Positions 38,090-51,842 are shown, numbered from the stretch's first letter. The stretch is DNA of 64,000 nucleotides from Sphaerodactylus townsendi (GCF_021028975.2 NC_059426.1:145142001-145206000); one strand, 5' to 3'. The notes: generated by a model not told the origin, from the sequence alone. A program made the numbers and translations.

Positions 38090-38830
38090 ATCAGACAAAC
38101 AAGGTCCATGTAGCCCATCTGTTTCCAAGAGTGGTCTGCCAAATGCTTTTGGAACCACACAGGAAGGGCAAGAAGGTGATGGCCATCTGCCCCTGTATGT
38201 GTCCAGTCTGATATTACAAGTGTAGTGTCTCTGCCCGGATGGTAATAGATTAGCTGTGGATAGTTGTCATGAATGTGTCCTCTGTGGATTCACCTAATCT
38301 CTTTTTCAAATGCAGTCTCAATGTGTGATCATCACCTAATCTTAAAGCAGTGAATTCTGTAAACTAATTGTTTGTTGCATAAAGTGAGAAGTTCTTCAGT
38401 CTGCCCTGAACCTTTCTGAAACCAGCTTCATTGAATAAACCCAAGTTCTAATATTCTGAGAAAAGGAAAAACCATACTATTTTTCTATAGGGTTCAGAAT
38501 TCTATAAACCTCTCCCATCATGACTTCCTTTCCCCTCTAAGCTAAAAATCATGTTTTGTCTTTCCTTATAGTGAGGTATTCCAACCCTTTAAGCATTTTT
38601 GTTGCCTGTTTCTCACCAGAAGAAAATACATTTTTATAATGTGGTTCTCACCAGAAGAAAACCCATTATTATAATGTGGCCATACCAAAGATTTATATTA
38701 TGACATTATACTTCTTGCTGTATTTTCAATCCAGTTTTTAAAGAATTCCCAACACTCAATTTTCCTTTCAGTTGCTGTTACATGCTGAATTGATGTTTTC
38801 AATTAGGCCCCTGAGTAACCACAGCCAATT
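38090..38830 (-). mobile_element. Old CR1-like fragment
   Basis: Degenerate antisense CR1 ORF2/3'UTR-like sequence (e.g. gtgaattctgtaaactaatt, tctataaacctctcccatcatg). Confidence 0.45.
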
Positions 38831-39289
38831 CAAAGTTAAGATGAGAGGATTTCCCCTGGTTCCATTAGTTGATTGATGTGTCCTGCTTCTCCTGAGGCTC
38901 ACAGTACATGAGATGCTGCTACTCCATGACTGGAATATCAGATGTATGATTTATCCCACTGCAAAGCACTCATGGGAGAGTGATATATATTATTTTGAGG
39001 TTATAGATTCGAGGTGTGGTCCTAGGTAAGGGAAAACCTAACTCTTCTTCCTGTACCCTTTCACTGCTTTAAGCCCTAGTAGGCAAAAAAGACTTGCTCA
39101 GTACAAGTGTTTGTCTTTATCCTCTTCCAGATAAAGGAGTGGATCTTAATCTTAGCAATGGTGCATTGTGGGTGAAAAAAACAACGGTTAAAATTCTCTT
39201 TTTCATACAGCCTCATGGCATAACTTTTCCATGTTTTTTCCTAGCCCTCCTCCCCTGGTGGCTTGTGACTTCCCCCCTCCCTGCCAGCT

Positions 39290-40568
39290 GAATTTAGGCA
39301 CCCCCCTTACCAGTGAAAGGGCATGAGATGCAGGGGGCGGGGGGGCAGTGGCGGGCAGTGGCGGCATCCAGGGGAGAGTGGCGCGGCCAGGTGCGCGTGC
39401 ACCCCTGAATGCTAGTCCTGCCATCCCACAAAGATCCATCTGAGGACGCAGCAGGGCTGACAAGAGGCGGAGTACAGGCAGCAAGGCTTGGCAGTTCGGC
39501 TTGGCTCGGCCCAATCCGTGGATCAGGCAGAGCTGAGCCAGTTCGGAGGCGCTTGGAGGGCCAAGGGCCCCAGCCCGCCCCCTCCAAACTCTGCACGATC
39601 CGAACTTGTGGTAACATCCGAGATTTTCGGATGCGTTTTTATTTTTTGGTGTTTTTTCACATTTTGGCCTGCAAGGGGCATATTTTTTAGAGATATTGGC
39701 ACCAAAATTTCGTGGTATCATTGCTCCAGCACATGAAGCCTGCTGTGTTCCACAAAAAAAACAGCATTTTTAAGCTAATGACACCAAAATTTCTGGATAT
39801 CTTCAGGAGACCATCCTGATGACACCTCCCAAGTTTGGTGAAGTTTGGTTCAGGGGGGCCAAAGTTAATGGACTCCCAAAAGGGGTGCCCCATCCCTCAA
39901 TGTTTCCAATGGGAGGTAATAGAAGATAGAGGCTGCCCCTTTGAAGGTCCATAACTTTAGCCCCCCTGAACCAAACTTCATCAAACTTGGGGAGTGTCAT
40001 CAGGACAGTCTCCTGAAGATACCCTGAAAGTTCTGTGACTGTGCCCTCAGAAATGTGCACCCCACAGGCTGCACCAGAAATTCCCCATTTACATTAATGG
40101 AAAAAAAATCAATGTAGAAGTAAGATTCTTGGGCAAATTTCTGGGGGTGCCTGTCAGGGGTGCAATTGTTATGCTAGTGTCACCAAAATTTCAGGGTATC
40201 ATCAGGAGACTGTCCTGATGACACCTCCCAAGTTTGGTGAAGCTTGGTTCAGGGGGAACAAAGTTATGGACCCTCAAAGGTGCAGCCCCCATCTCCTTAG
40301 CTCCCATTGGAAACAATGGGGGATGGGGCAACCCGTTTGGGGGTCCATAAGTTTGGACCCCCTGGACCAAACTGTACCAAAATGGGAGGCATCATAAGGA
40401 CAGTCTTCTTATGATACCCTGAAATTTTGGTGCTGATATCTCTAAAAATGTGCCCCCTGCAGGCCAAAATGTGAAAAACACCAAAAAATAAAAACACAGG
40501 AGCATGCCCTGCAAAATTCCTGAGCCCTGGCCAGCTGCCCACATTGCCCAGCGGACATTACGCCACTG
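39290..40568. mobile_element. hAT-like element with multiple internal hairpin modules (related to 4635-5131)
   Basis: Right TIR ttacgccactg; repeated aagtttggtgaag.ttggttcagggg modules in both orientations; left TIR not found. Confidence 0.7.
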
Positions 40569-42167
40569 AGTGGGGTTGGGGTAGGGATTGTCAGCTTCAG
40601 GTTGGGAACCTCCTGGAGATTTGGGGATGAAGTCTCGGGAAGACAGGGACCCTACCTCAATAGGGTAGAATGCCCTGGAGTCCACCTGCTAAAGCATCCA
40701 TTTTCTCCAGGGAAACTGATATTTGTAGTCTGGAAATGAACTGTAGTTCTAGGAGATCCCTAGGCCCCACCTGGAGGCTGGCTTCCCTGCAAATTAGCAT
40801 GAGAAGAATATTCATAGCCTACTGTTCGTTGTTTATTTTTTGAGATTATGTGTAACTGTTTAAAGTTCCAAACTGTACAGAATCTCAAATAGCCGAGTGC
40901 AGAATAAATTATACAAACTGAAGGAAAAACATGCAGAAAAAACACCAGCTCTGGGCACCACCAACCCACGCACCCCAGATCAGTGGTCCCGGGCAGCCTG
41001 GTGGGCTGGGCCTAGCAGGGCGAGGGTGTCCTGTGATGGCCTCGCCATGCTGCTCGGTCAGCTGGTGGAAGGTTCACTGGCTGAATGAGCAGCATGGCGG
41101 GGCATGGCGGGGCCAAGGGGGAAAAGAGGAGGAGTGATTGGCAGGGCACCTTAGAGTTGGCAGGGCACATCAAGTCCTTCGGTCTGCCTGCCTCGCCAGG
41201 CTGCTCATTCAGCTGACAGAGGCCAGCTGATTGAACAGGCTGGAGGGGCCGCCACAGGGTGCCCCTCGGCCCAGACGGCCCCACCATGCCAGGGATTCAC
41301 AGTGTAGGATGCAGTGGTGGTATTCACCATTTAACAACTGGTTCAGCGGAAGTCTGAATGGGCTGAATACCACCTCTGCCTGTAAATTTTCTTTGATATA
41401 CTGATATTCAAGAGTGCCTGAATGGGGGGAAAACATGTTATAGATTATCAAGTAAGATGGATAATTCTTGTTTTTGGAGGGACAGGGATAGATGTGTCTG
41501 AGAGAATGCACACCTGTTTTGTTTTTTAATGCCACTGTTGTTGTTTTTTTAAGGTAACACTTGAAGGGACCTAAATTAAAAACAATAAATCTTTATCCCC
41601 CACAGAAAGTGATGTCAATTTAGTTAAGGCAAAACGAGGGTGGCTGAGATGCTGCGCAGGGTGACTGGAGGTGAGAGGAGAGGGCTGGTATACAGACAGA
41701 TGGGTTCAGAGAGGCATTAAAAGTTCTGCATAGTTTGGGGGAGTAATTAGCATTTTCTATGTCTTTTGGTTTCGCATTTGCTAAGAGTCTGACAGCAGCT
41801 GCAGCATTAGGTGAACACAGTCGCTGAGCTAATGAGAGTTCTCTGCAGATGGAGAAGGTCTGGCTACTGGAGAACGATGTGCTTCTCTGCTCTGATGCAA
41901 AATCACCTCCTCATAGGCTGCTGGCTTTCTTGAAAACAAGCTGCAAGCACTGAGCAATCTGAACCATGGAAGGTGTGCTGAATTCAGATTATTGACATGA
42001 AATGATGCATCTATGTCAGAAATGCCAGTTGCTGAAGAAAGTGAAACTTGTTTTGGTTGGTATTCAGGGTCTTATTTATTAAGATATTTATGCCTCCCTT
42101 TTCTTTCCCATGTGGACCCAAAGTGACATACAACCTTGTAGTCCTCTCCTCCATGTTATCCTGACAA

Positions 42168-42907
42168 TAAAAAGCGCACCCGGTTTGGACCGGGGCGCCC
42201 GTTGCGGCAGGGGAGGATGGAGCGTCTGACCACTTCCCTGTTCGGCCAAGAATGGTGGTCATGTGACTGTTCCACCGTCACATGACAGGGGAGCCAGGAG
42301 GCTATAAAAGCCTGTGCCTGGCTCAGCTCGGCCTCTTCGCAAGGCCAGGGGCGAACAGACCCACCCACCCTCCCTAGGGTTATTAGGGGCTGTTGCATGT
42401 TTTGTTTTACTTATTTGTCGCAGTCTGGGCGGTTTTTTGGGCATAGGGGCACATCCTTTATTGGGGAGGCAGGCTTGCAGGCCAGACCTCCCTGCGGCGG
42501 GGGCCTCAATAAGAGGTCTGGGGGTAGTGGTGGGCTTGATGGCACAGGCCTGGAGGTCATGTTTTGGGCTCGCTACCCCCGGCAGGAGGGGGTATCACAA
42601 ATGGATATGCATCCAAGTGGCACCCAGTAACCTCCTGTCCCGGTCCCCCTGGGGGACGGTGCCGGGCCAGTGGTTTGCTGCCCGAAGGGCCAGGAGGTGT
42701 CAGCTTTGGGGCTGGCCGTGGCCAGGTTCAGCGGTTCGCTGCCTGGTGGCCAGGATGTGTCCCATATGCTTGCCCAGCTTCCAACTGTTATTATTGTTGC
42801 TGTTATTGTTAATGTTAATAACCCGGGCTGCGGCCATTTCATTTCCAAAGAAATAAATATTTCTCTGTGGTTATTGGGTAAAGTGTAATCCGCACATCTG
42901 CACGCAA
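42168..42907 (+). mobile_element. CpG-rich insertion splitting an old SINE; DIRS/Ngaro-like terminal-repeat unit
   Basis: The host SINE reads ttatcctgacaa|caactctgtgaga; only CAA is duplicated; no TG..CA ends and no TIRs; TATA gctataaaag followed by gacccacccaccctccc. The insertion is clear; the family call is tentative. Confidence 0.55.
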
Positions 42908-43854
42908 CAACTCTGTGAGATAGGTAAGGATGAGTGTCTGACCAGAGGTCACCCAGTGAACTTCTGTGGCAGATCAGGGATTTGAACCGGGGTCTTCTAG
43001 ATCCTTGCATGATCCTCTAACTGCTGCATCACCTGTGTCTCTCTTCTTTGGAATTTTCTCCTCATCCTTAAAAAGGGTAATTGCATAGATCAAAAAACTC
43101 ACATGACGGAGGCAAGAAGAACGGCAACTGAAGTGGCTGGAATCTGTGACTTTCCCTAGTGACCTTTCATTTTACCCAAGCTGAAAGTTTTTTTCATGTA
43201 TATTAAACAGGCAGTAAAATGGTGAAATACAGTAGATGTGTGTGAAGAATTTTGCTAAGTGAATGCTGGGAGGGGTCGTGCTAAAGTGGCTCCTTGTGGG
43301 TTTATTTACATGAGTTTTAAAATTGCCTAAAATTTGAGGTGACTTCTGCTGTTTGTTTTAATTACATGGGATTTACACAGAAAAGAGCATTCAGATTTTC
43401 TACATACGTAGACGGATTCTGGACAGGGCAAATATAATGAATGTAGGGCGCAATAAAAACCATTGGGGTGGGGACTTCACACAAGTCCCGTCCCCCTGAT
43501 GAGTTTGCCCTGGTTTATTTCCCTTAACCCGGGATTTTCAAAAATCACTAAACCAGTGAATCTTTTCCAAAATCTTGGTTTGGAGCCACTCCCTCAAGAA
43601 CAGCCAGATAAGAGACGCTTTATTACCCTCACTTCCTTCCACCCATTCATTGCAAGTTCTGCGCCATCCACTGTCAGGGAAGTCACCCAGCTGGTTGTGG
43701 GCAGATTTATTGAGGAATCGTCTGAGAGTACAGAGTTCTCCAAACATGTTTTCTCCCTATGGCAGCAAGAGTATGACTGATCTACAGCAACACGTTAATC
43801 ATCTCCCTGCCATTGCAGGGAGGCCCCCCTTTTCTTTTTAACTTTGTGTGTTGT

Positions 43855-44030
43855 ACATGCACAGCTACAGAGGTGCAGCTGATCAGATTGTGAGATGATT
43901 GGCATGGTTGCAGAAATTCATTTCTATATGCCTGCATGTGCAGCTATGGAGGTGCAATCGATCAGATTGTGGGATGATTGGCATGGCTCCAGGAGTTCAT
44001 TTCTGTATGCCTGCACAGCTATGCATGTGT
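43855..44030 (+). repeat. Two diverged ~80-bp tandem units
   Basis: gaggtgca...gatcagattgtg.gatgattggcatgg...ttcatttct.tatgcctgca occurs twice. Confidence 0.8.
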
Positions 44031-45451
44031 TGCAGGAAATTTTTATTAAAAAGAGAATCAACTCTGTGTGAAGGCATGAAAGCATTGTTTCCATGAGTTC
44101 CAATCACTGCCTGTATGGCATGCATGTGAACGGGAAAAAGGAAAACCGGGTTCCTTCATAACGACTGCAACCTGGAGGGGAATAAAAGTTATAGTCTTGG
44201 AGCAGAATGATCCGATGAACAGAACTGAGCGACCCACACTTAACTCTGGAAGAAACAGCGCTGTGGGACAGTATCACAGAAAGAGAGTTGTCCAGAGATA
44301 CTGAACCCAGTCTATTGGGACAATGGGCTTCTTATAGAGAAAAATGGACCCTCGGGGTTATGCAGAGTGATCCTAAATCTCCCTAGACAAAAGAGATTTC
44401 CTGCACTTTCTGGAAAGGACAAGAGACAGACATTAACCTTAATGGTGGGTCATCAGTCTAATGGGTTGAGACCTCAGCCTGATGTGCCCAGGGAAGTTAG
44501 CTGAAAAGATTACAGCTGTGAAACAATGACAATGCAGAAACATTAGTTAGTACAATACAGGGCAGGTGAGCACATTAATACATCCTTTGTTGTCTCCAGG
44601 TGTATGGTCCAGGGCTGGAGATGGGAACTCTCTCCAGGGCAACATCTTTTGTGTTAGACTTACTCCTGTCAGGAAGGGTGTGAGAGAACGTTATGCAAGT
44701 TGCTTTGGAGGAAGATGAGTCCAGACAAAGTCTTTTGTCCTTGCAGGTAGATTACACCAATACCCCAAAATAGGCTTTTCCAAAAGTTGGCTGAGGTGGT
44801 AGAGGTGCCACTGTTTTCTATTAAAAACAGGGTTCCTTGATCCACCACAGGTCAGTCTGGGAATTCAGGCATATGGCTATGTATAGCCTGCACTACAGAA
44901 AAGTTGCTGCGATACACCTTTTTAATCCTGACAGAGTGACTACCATCCTCTACAATCTCTCTAAAGCTCAGGGTTACAGGTAGGTCAAGCTACCCATCCC
45001 CTTTAATAATTACTCATCACTCAGACTGATGAGGAATCAAACACTGTTTAAATCATATGCTGCCATCATTTATTCATATGCCAAAGTATATAGAGAGAGT
45101 GGATCTTTGTTTGTGTGGATGTTTATTTCTTTCCCTGAGACAACCAGTCACAGTGTTAAACAAACAAAGAGTTAATTTCTATTTGTTGTTTGAACACAAC
45201 ACTGTAAAAGTCAAGTAGAAGTTGCAAAATTTCTTTTCAATTGAACTTTGGAATTGAAGCTAACCTGTCTGTCATAGTCGCATTTTTTAATTAGAGTTTG
45301 TCAGAATAAGTATATGAGTTTGCATAATGGAGTCAACATCTAAAATTGGAAAAAAATCAGAAATGTTTGACAATCATAGAAGGCAGGAAAGGTGGTTTAG
45401 AACATGGAGAGTGTAAACAGTTTGGGAAGGAAGAGCCAGGAGAGCAAAAAG

Positions 45452-45840
45452 CAGAGGTGGGATCCAGCAGGTTCTCACAGGTTCCCGAGAGTAGGTTACT
45501 AATTATTTGTGTGTGCCGAGAGGGGGTTACTAATTGGTGATTTTGCCATGTGATTTTTGCCTTAGTTATGCCCTCCTCTCAGCAGTAGCACGCAGAACTT
45601 GAAGCAGTCTAGCAGGAGGTGCATCAGCGTGCGTGGCAGCCTGCGCCTGCGTGCGTTCGTTTCCCGCCCAAGGACAGGCGCAGCAGCTGCGTCCTTGCCA
45701 TAGCCCCGCCCAGGAATGCCCCGCCCCGGAATACCCAGCCACGCCCCTGTTGTGCCTGCCCAGCGCCATTGGTGCTACGCCACAGTTTGAATCCCACCAC
45801 CATGGGAACCTGTTACTAAAATGTTTGGATCCCACCACTG
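45452..45840. mobile_element. Non-autonomous hAT element, CpG-rich
   Basis: TIRs cagaggtgggatcca / tggatcccaccactg; partial TSD gcaaaaag / gcgggaag. Confidence 0.8.
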
Positions 45841-46015
45841 GCGGGAAGTACAGAGCAGTAGACAGAGTACTTGCAGCTGTCACAAATGGAAACTTTCCCT
45901 GCTTCCTGTCTGGGTCTTCACTGAACCTATATTTCTAAATATTTCAGCTCAGTTTACGAAGAATGGTGGTGGAAAGTACCATCATGCTGCAGCTGACTTA
46001 TACGAGCCTGTAGAG

Positions 46016-46147
46016 CACAGGTGTCAAACTCGCGGCCCTCCAGATGTTATGGACTACAATTCCCATCCACTGCCAGCATGATGCTGGCAGGGGATGATGG
46101 GAACTGTAGTCCATATCATCTGGAGGGCTGCGCGTTTGACACCTGTG
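46016..46147. mobile_element. hAT MITE inserted in an antisense 5S-headed SINE (~45975-46300)
   Basis: TIRs cacaggtgtcaaac / gtttgacacctgtg; perfect 8-bp TSD ctgtagag. Confidence 0.9.
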
Positions 46148-47072
46148 CTGTAGAGCTTTCAAGGCAAGTGTCAAACTGGGGTGGTTTCCCAATTCCTGTC
46201 TCTACATAGCAACCACGGACTTCCTAATTGGTCTCCCATTCAAGTACTAACCAGGCCCCACCCTGCTTAGCTTCCAAGATCTGATGAGAGCAGGCTAGCC
46301 AAAGTGTGCTGCTGAATAATCAGAACAATTGGTTACAATATCATCAAAGAATTTAAAAGCATAGTCATTACTTTATCCATTTGAGGAGATTTAGAGTGTA
46401 AAACAAATAAATAAAACAAAAGCAATAAAACAAAAACAAAATGCAAACAAAATCAGCTAACTATTAAAAAACTGCAGCACAACAAGGTAAAAATGGTAGA
46501 GTTAAAGCACTTTATGTCAAAAGTGAGTATAATCCTTTTGCCTGTCTTGAATCTCTTGCCCATATTTGATAGCACTAGGATTACAATTAAAAACCAGCAT
46601 AGAATACAACATTCCGTGAACCAGGGCTGGAGCAAGCGGGAACAGCACCCGGGGCGTGCATGCTCTCTGCACCCCTGCCACACCCTGGAACGCCCCTGCC
46701 ACAGCGCGCGCCCAGGGCGTCACACCACCCCCTCCCCCTTGGCACTATGCAACTGCCGTGGACAGTGTAGAAAAATGGGTTACAAAAAGCAGGAAACAAC
46801 ATAGAAGCAGAATAGCATATACAGAAAACACTGTAATAGAATGCAGGCCTGTTATAAATGTCATGAACATTTCTGTTTTGCTCATTCTGTGGAATGTTAG
46901 CAGTGAGGGAGCCTTCCTGACCTTCATAGGCAAGCCATTCCGCAAGGCACGAGCTGCCACAGAAAATGCACATGTATAAGCAACTTTTGATCTTATTGAT
47001 TTTCAGTGTGGCACCCTCAGAAGACTTTATTCACTTCAGTGGAGCTGTCATGGGAGAGTGTAGCAGGAGAGG

Positions 47073-47130
47073 CATGAAGGGCTTTGTGGATGATAGGCAA
47101 AGCCATGAAGGGCTTTGTGGATGATAGGCA
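47073..47130 (+). repeat. Tandem duplication of catgaagggctttgtggatgataggca
   Basis: Two exact 27-nt copies. Confidence 0.9.
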
Positions 47131-49935
47131 GTACTGTGAATTGAACTTGGTAATTGTTTGGTAACCAGTGGATGAATGTAGTCAGGGCCAGAGCGAGAGG
47201 GAATGGCACCTGGGGCACACCCGCCCGGTGTGTCACTCCCCCCTGTCCCCTTGGTGCTACGCCGCTGAGCAGAGTTAGTGCAATATGGAATATAAATCTT
47301 TAAAAGAACAGCCTCCTTGCCTGCCATCTTGCAGTCTGTTGCTGTTCTGTTAATAATGTACAAATGTAATATTGTTTCTAGTGAGTAAGGGCAGGAGAAT
47401 ATTAGGCAGCTGACTCCTCAGGGCCCAGGTCCTAGCTCAAGTAATGTCATCTTGGTTCAATGTGACTTGCAGTAACTCATACTTGGGATTTTTTAAAGGA
47501 TCTTTTTAGTTACTGCATCTTAGTTTGGTGGTTGTGTTGGAGTGTGTGACTGGCACATCGACAGCCCTGTCACTGAGCACTTTGTGGCACCTTTTTCATC
47601 TGAGTCAGTATCCTGGTCTCTGCTGACCTGTGCTGTAAACCAGTCTACTTCATCAACTGATTGTTTAAGGCTTAAGTAGGTGAGTTTATCACCCGCTTGA
47701 TTGCCTAGCATTTTTCTCAGTCAATTGGCCATGATTGCATAATAGTGAGTGTGATTAATTAATTGATTGATTAAGGGTTGGAAAGTAAGCGTAGATTTCT
47801 TAAGATGAGTTTGAACCCAGGAACATATGGACTATATGAATCCTGGTTAGTTTGCCAAACTATTCCAAGTCCTTAACCTTGGCACCAACTGTTTTTTATT
47901 ACTTGTTTTTTTCCCTAGGGCATTGTTTATGAAGGACAATGTATCTGCTGTTACTTATGTGATGGTGAACAGAGGGCTTCAGCTTTCATTTTATTATCTG
48001 CAAAGCACCTTTATTGCAGCATTTCCTAAAAACTCTTTAATGACAACACACATCTGCCCATTATGTATGCAATAAACTTAGCACTATAAAATTACAGAGT
48101 AATAAGAAGTGCTACAAAATTATTTACTATGTTGAGTGATTTGCACGACTTGTACTTTGTCTTTTGTTCAGCTGGAATAATTTTTGGGCTACTGTGTTAT
48201 TGATAAATGAAGGGCTTAGTAAAGATAATGTTCCTGATATTGGAGGGATTCTTCAAAATGTCCAATCAAACATATTTAGAATTTGACCTGAAGTTCACCT
48301 GCAGAGAAAGTCTTAATTTTGTCTGTTCATAGGACTTGATATATCAGGAGGCAGAACATGCCTTCAAGTTCTATTTGGGTACAACCTGTTCAATCTAGAT
48401 CTCAGGAAAATATATTACAAATGGAAGCAGTAAGTAAATGATTGAAATAAATGAGTGGAGACAGAAAAAACCTTGTTAAATTGCAGATATTTTAGTCCCT
48501 GACACTGGAAGGCTATGCAAGCATACCTAGACTTCTGTGTACATTTTCAGATGTCTGGATGAAGCACTTCTCACATTAGAGCAGTTTGCTCATCTTTAAT
48601 TATTAGGTTTCTGAGCTTTAACTTGTAACCCAGCAAAGTTATTCAATTAATATTTATGTGATTGCTGATTAAAAATTTATAGACACATTTTTTGAGGATA
48701 GGGATACCTGTGTTTACCAAATCAGAGAATTATGGCACGAATCATCATGCTCTACACTATCTCCAAATCTTGCTGCTGAAGTGTATGTGGGAATATTTGA
48801 TAGGCTGACACATACCAAGTGTAAACTAAATCAAGGATGGAACTGGAGATGAGAAATAGTCAATTTCAGATATATGAATAAGAAGTAGATATGAATTTTC
48901 ATCGTGGTTCAGGGCATCTTGGGATTCTTTGTAAGTTCATCAGAGGTTCCTTGTATTCACCCCCACTTAGTGTGTTTTCTTTCTTTTCCTTCCTATGAAA
49001 TTAAAAATTTGTCATCCAAGGTTTTCCTAATTTAGGGCACACCTATATGCTTCTTTTTAATTCTCAGCTCCTCCCTTCTTTCTCAAGGTCTGATGGTGCT
49101 TTCATTATGTCCTATGTTCCTGCCACATGGGACAGCTCTTGTATGATTAGAGTTTTCTTTTAAATTTTTGATCTGCTGCATCTCACTGTGGTACTCATTC
49201 CAGGATAATTTGGGCAGGGTTTCATATTTGAAGAACTTAAGCAAGTGAAGCTGGTAGAATTGTCAAAACTGCACTGAGGTCAATTCAGGACGGTTTGTGT
49301 CCAGCCAAAAGGGTCTCTAATTCATGTTGTTTTGTGCTAAGCTTAATGCTTTTAGTCTGTAATCCTGTTGTTAACCATCCCTGTGACAGACTGTGAGAAG
49401 CTAATTGCACAGTGGAGTGGATTATATCATTTGGAGAAGATAATTTTGCTCTCTTCTGGAGGCTGGGCTTGCATGACAAGGCAGCTTATGGATCTGACTA
49501 TCCCCAACAGTGTTTGTCACTTAACAGCCAGGAAATGTGAGGTCATTTGAAATGTGAAGTGGAGGTTGACATAGCTGTATATATTATTCAACTTCCTCTG
49601 TGTCTTAAGTCAAGCTTCTACCATTCTATGCCTTAGTACAAGCTGACCTACCTCACAGAGTTGCTGTAAAGATAAAATGCAGGTGAAAAGAATGACGTGA
49701 GCCACTTTGGGTCTCCACTGACAAAAAAGATGGGGCATAAATGAAGTAAATACATACCAGTAAATAAATAAAATAGTGTAACTCTTTGATCACATATGCA
49801 GTGGGTCTCCTATTTCGCATAGCAAAATATACCCTGCATATGTGATCAAAGTGTAATACTATTTTATTTATGTATGTATATTTATTTTGGTATATATAAT
49901 ATCCAGGAGTGGGAGTGTTATTGTGGGTGTAAATA

Positions 49936-50313
49936 CCCTGTTTCTCCAAAAATAAGACATCCCCTGAAAATAAAACATACCAGAGGTTTTGCTGAAGTGC
50001 TAAATATAAGGCATCCCCCGAAAGTAAGACGTACCGGTAGCAAAGTTTTCGTTTGGAAGCATGTGTGCCCCCAAACCCCTCCCCCTTCCTGCCTTGCCTG
50101 GTCCCACTCCAACCCACTGGTTTGAGATGACAACTACTGTACAGTATATAATAAATGTTCATTTTTTGTTCAACAATAAATGTGAATTCAATAAATGTGA
50201 ATGGAAAAATAAATGTGAATGGAAAAATAAGGCACCCCCTGAAAATAAGATGTAGCACATCTTTGGGAGCAAAAATTAATATAAGACACTGGCTTATTTT
50301 TGGAGAAACAGGG
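49936..50313. mobile_element. Tc2/pogo-like non-autonomous element
   Basis: TA-flanked perfect TIRs ccctgtttctccaaaaataag / cttatttttggagaaacaggg; repeated gaaaataag motifs. Confidence 0.88.
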
Positions 50314-51262
50314 TAGTAATCTTTTTCGTGCAAAATGAATCAGTACATTTCATATTTCCTGCACCGTTATGTGCAAAATGCTGGGAAAAAAATGCTGGTC
50401 ATTTAGATACATTTTCAGAGGCTGCCTTCCTCTGTGTGCACGGATGCTGCTGAACATTGTATCCTAGGAACGATCAAATTAAAACAGGAGGTGTGTCAGG
50501 AGTTACTTTCTGATAACAACTTCTAAATCCCACTCCAAAATGTGCTATTTATTAAAATAGTTGTTGCAACTAATTTGAAATTTTTTAAAAAAGAGAACAG
50601 AATAATACTACGTCCGTGGGAACATCTTGAGATCCTAGCTATCTGGTTCACAGTTCAAGAGAGTCAGAAGACAGATAGTGAGGAGAGAATGACTTTGCAA
50701 ATCTGTGCATGACAGAGCAGTTTACCAGTCAGCAGAGTTGTATTAAGACTTTGTAAATAATGAGAATTGCACTGTTGGGTTTCTCTTTGCCACCAATTGT
50801 ATTGCTAGTGCACTGGTTTAAGTGGTTTTGATTTTATTTTGCACAAGCTCAGTGATTTTGGTTTTCCTCTATAGGCACAGATGCAAGCTTTTTTTCTTGC
50901 AAATGCACTGCAAATCAGAGCGTGGGGGAAGTGATAAAGCAAATACTTTGTTTGCTGATGCATTACATTTACTTTTATTTGTTACGGCCTTTGGCCAGCA
51001 TTTTAAAAAGATAAAGAAAAGGAAATCACATTCAGATATAGCTGTATTTGCTGATGCTGTCATGAAAGTATACCGTGCTGCAGCACGGTACAATTGACAA
51101 CAAAGGATGTGCTGGTTCCCCCAAGTCACAGGCAGTATCCTCTATGTCATCTTAAATGATGTGCGCTTCAATCAGTAGCAACGGAGGGATGCAGACACAG
51201 ACCAGGCAAATAAGATGGATAAGCAAGAGAACAATAACAAGGATATAACAGCTCTTGACACC

Positions 51263-51839
51263 TGTCATACTCCTATGGCTGGCAAGGTGGCACTTCGGTG
51301 CCTGAGCCGCAGCGGGACACTTCCTGCAGCCCGGGCAGGGGAGAGAATGGCCTAATTGGAAGTGATGTACTTTCACTGCCAGGAGAAGTGGGCTGGCTGG
51401 CTGACCTTTTGGCAGTTGGGGAAATGAGGGGAAGAATCAGCTGCAGAGAGACAGGCCAAGGAGGCCAGTGGCTGTGGTGGAGCCAGGGAGGCTGCAGAAG
51501 CTGTAAAAGGTTCTGGAACAGGGAAAAGCCGACAGAGGCCAGCCAAGGGCAGGGGCAGCAGGAGTCTGGGAGAGACTGCAGGATCCAGCAGAAGAGACTG
51601 AGTGGGGGTGGGAGGGGCGGCAGCATCCAGGATGTACCGGAAGAACCCAGGGGAGGATTGGTTGAAGGAACTTAAAAGACAATGAGCAAAAGGGGAGGGA
51701 GTGGAACAAGGGAAGGGACCTCTTGGTATGGGAAGGCACAGAGGTGTAGGAGTAGGCACAGTAGTCATTATATAAAGTTTTGAGATGCATAGATGTACTT
51801 CAGATAGCTAGGGAGGATCCTGGCAGGTCAGCCCTTACA
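51263..51839 (+). mobile_element. Probable solo LTR (Gypsy-like)
   Basis: Termini tgtca / ttaca; imperfect TSD cacc / caca; purine-rich body. Confidence 0.5.
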
Positions 51840-51842
51840 CAC

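Noticed and set aside
42314-42856. 180-aa ORF
   Set aside because: Lies in a GC-rich repeat, has no recognisable domain and is open in several frames.
44120-44935. Possible solo LTR (similar cases at ~14220-14763 and ~10440-10710)
   Set aside because: Only one plausible terminus each and no TSD could be verified, so not annotated.
49653-50333. 226-aa minus-strand ORF
   Set aside because: Runs through a non-autonomous transposon with repeated motifs; no transposase motifs.
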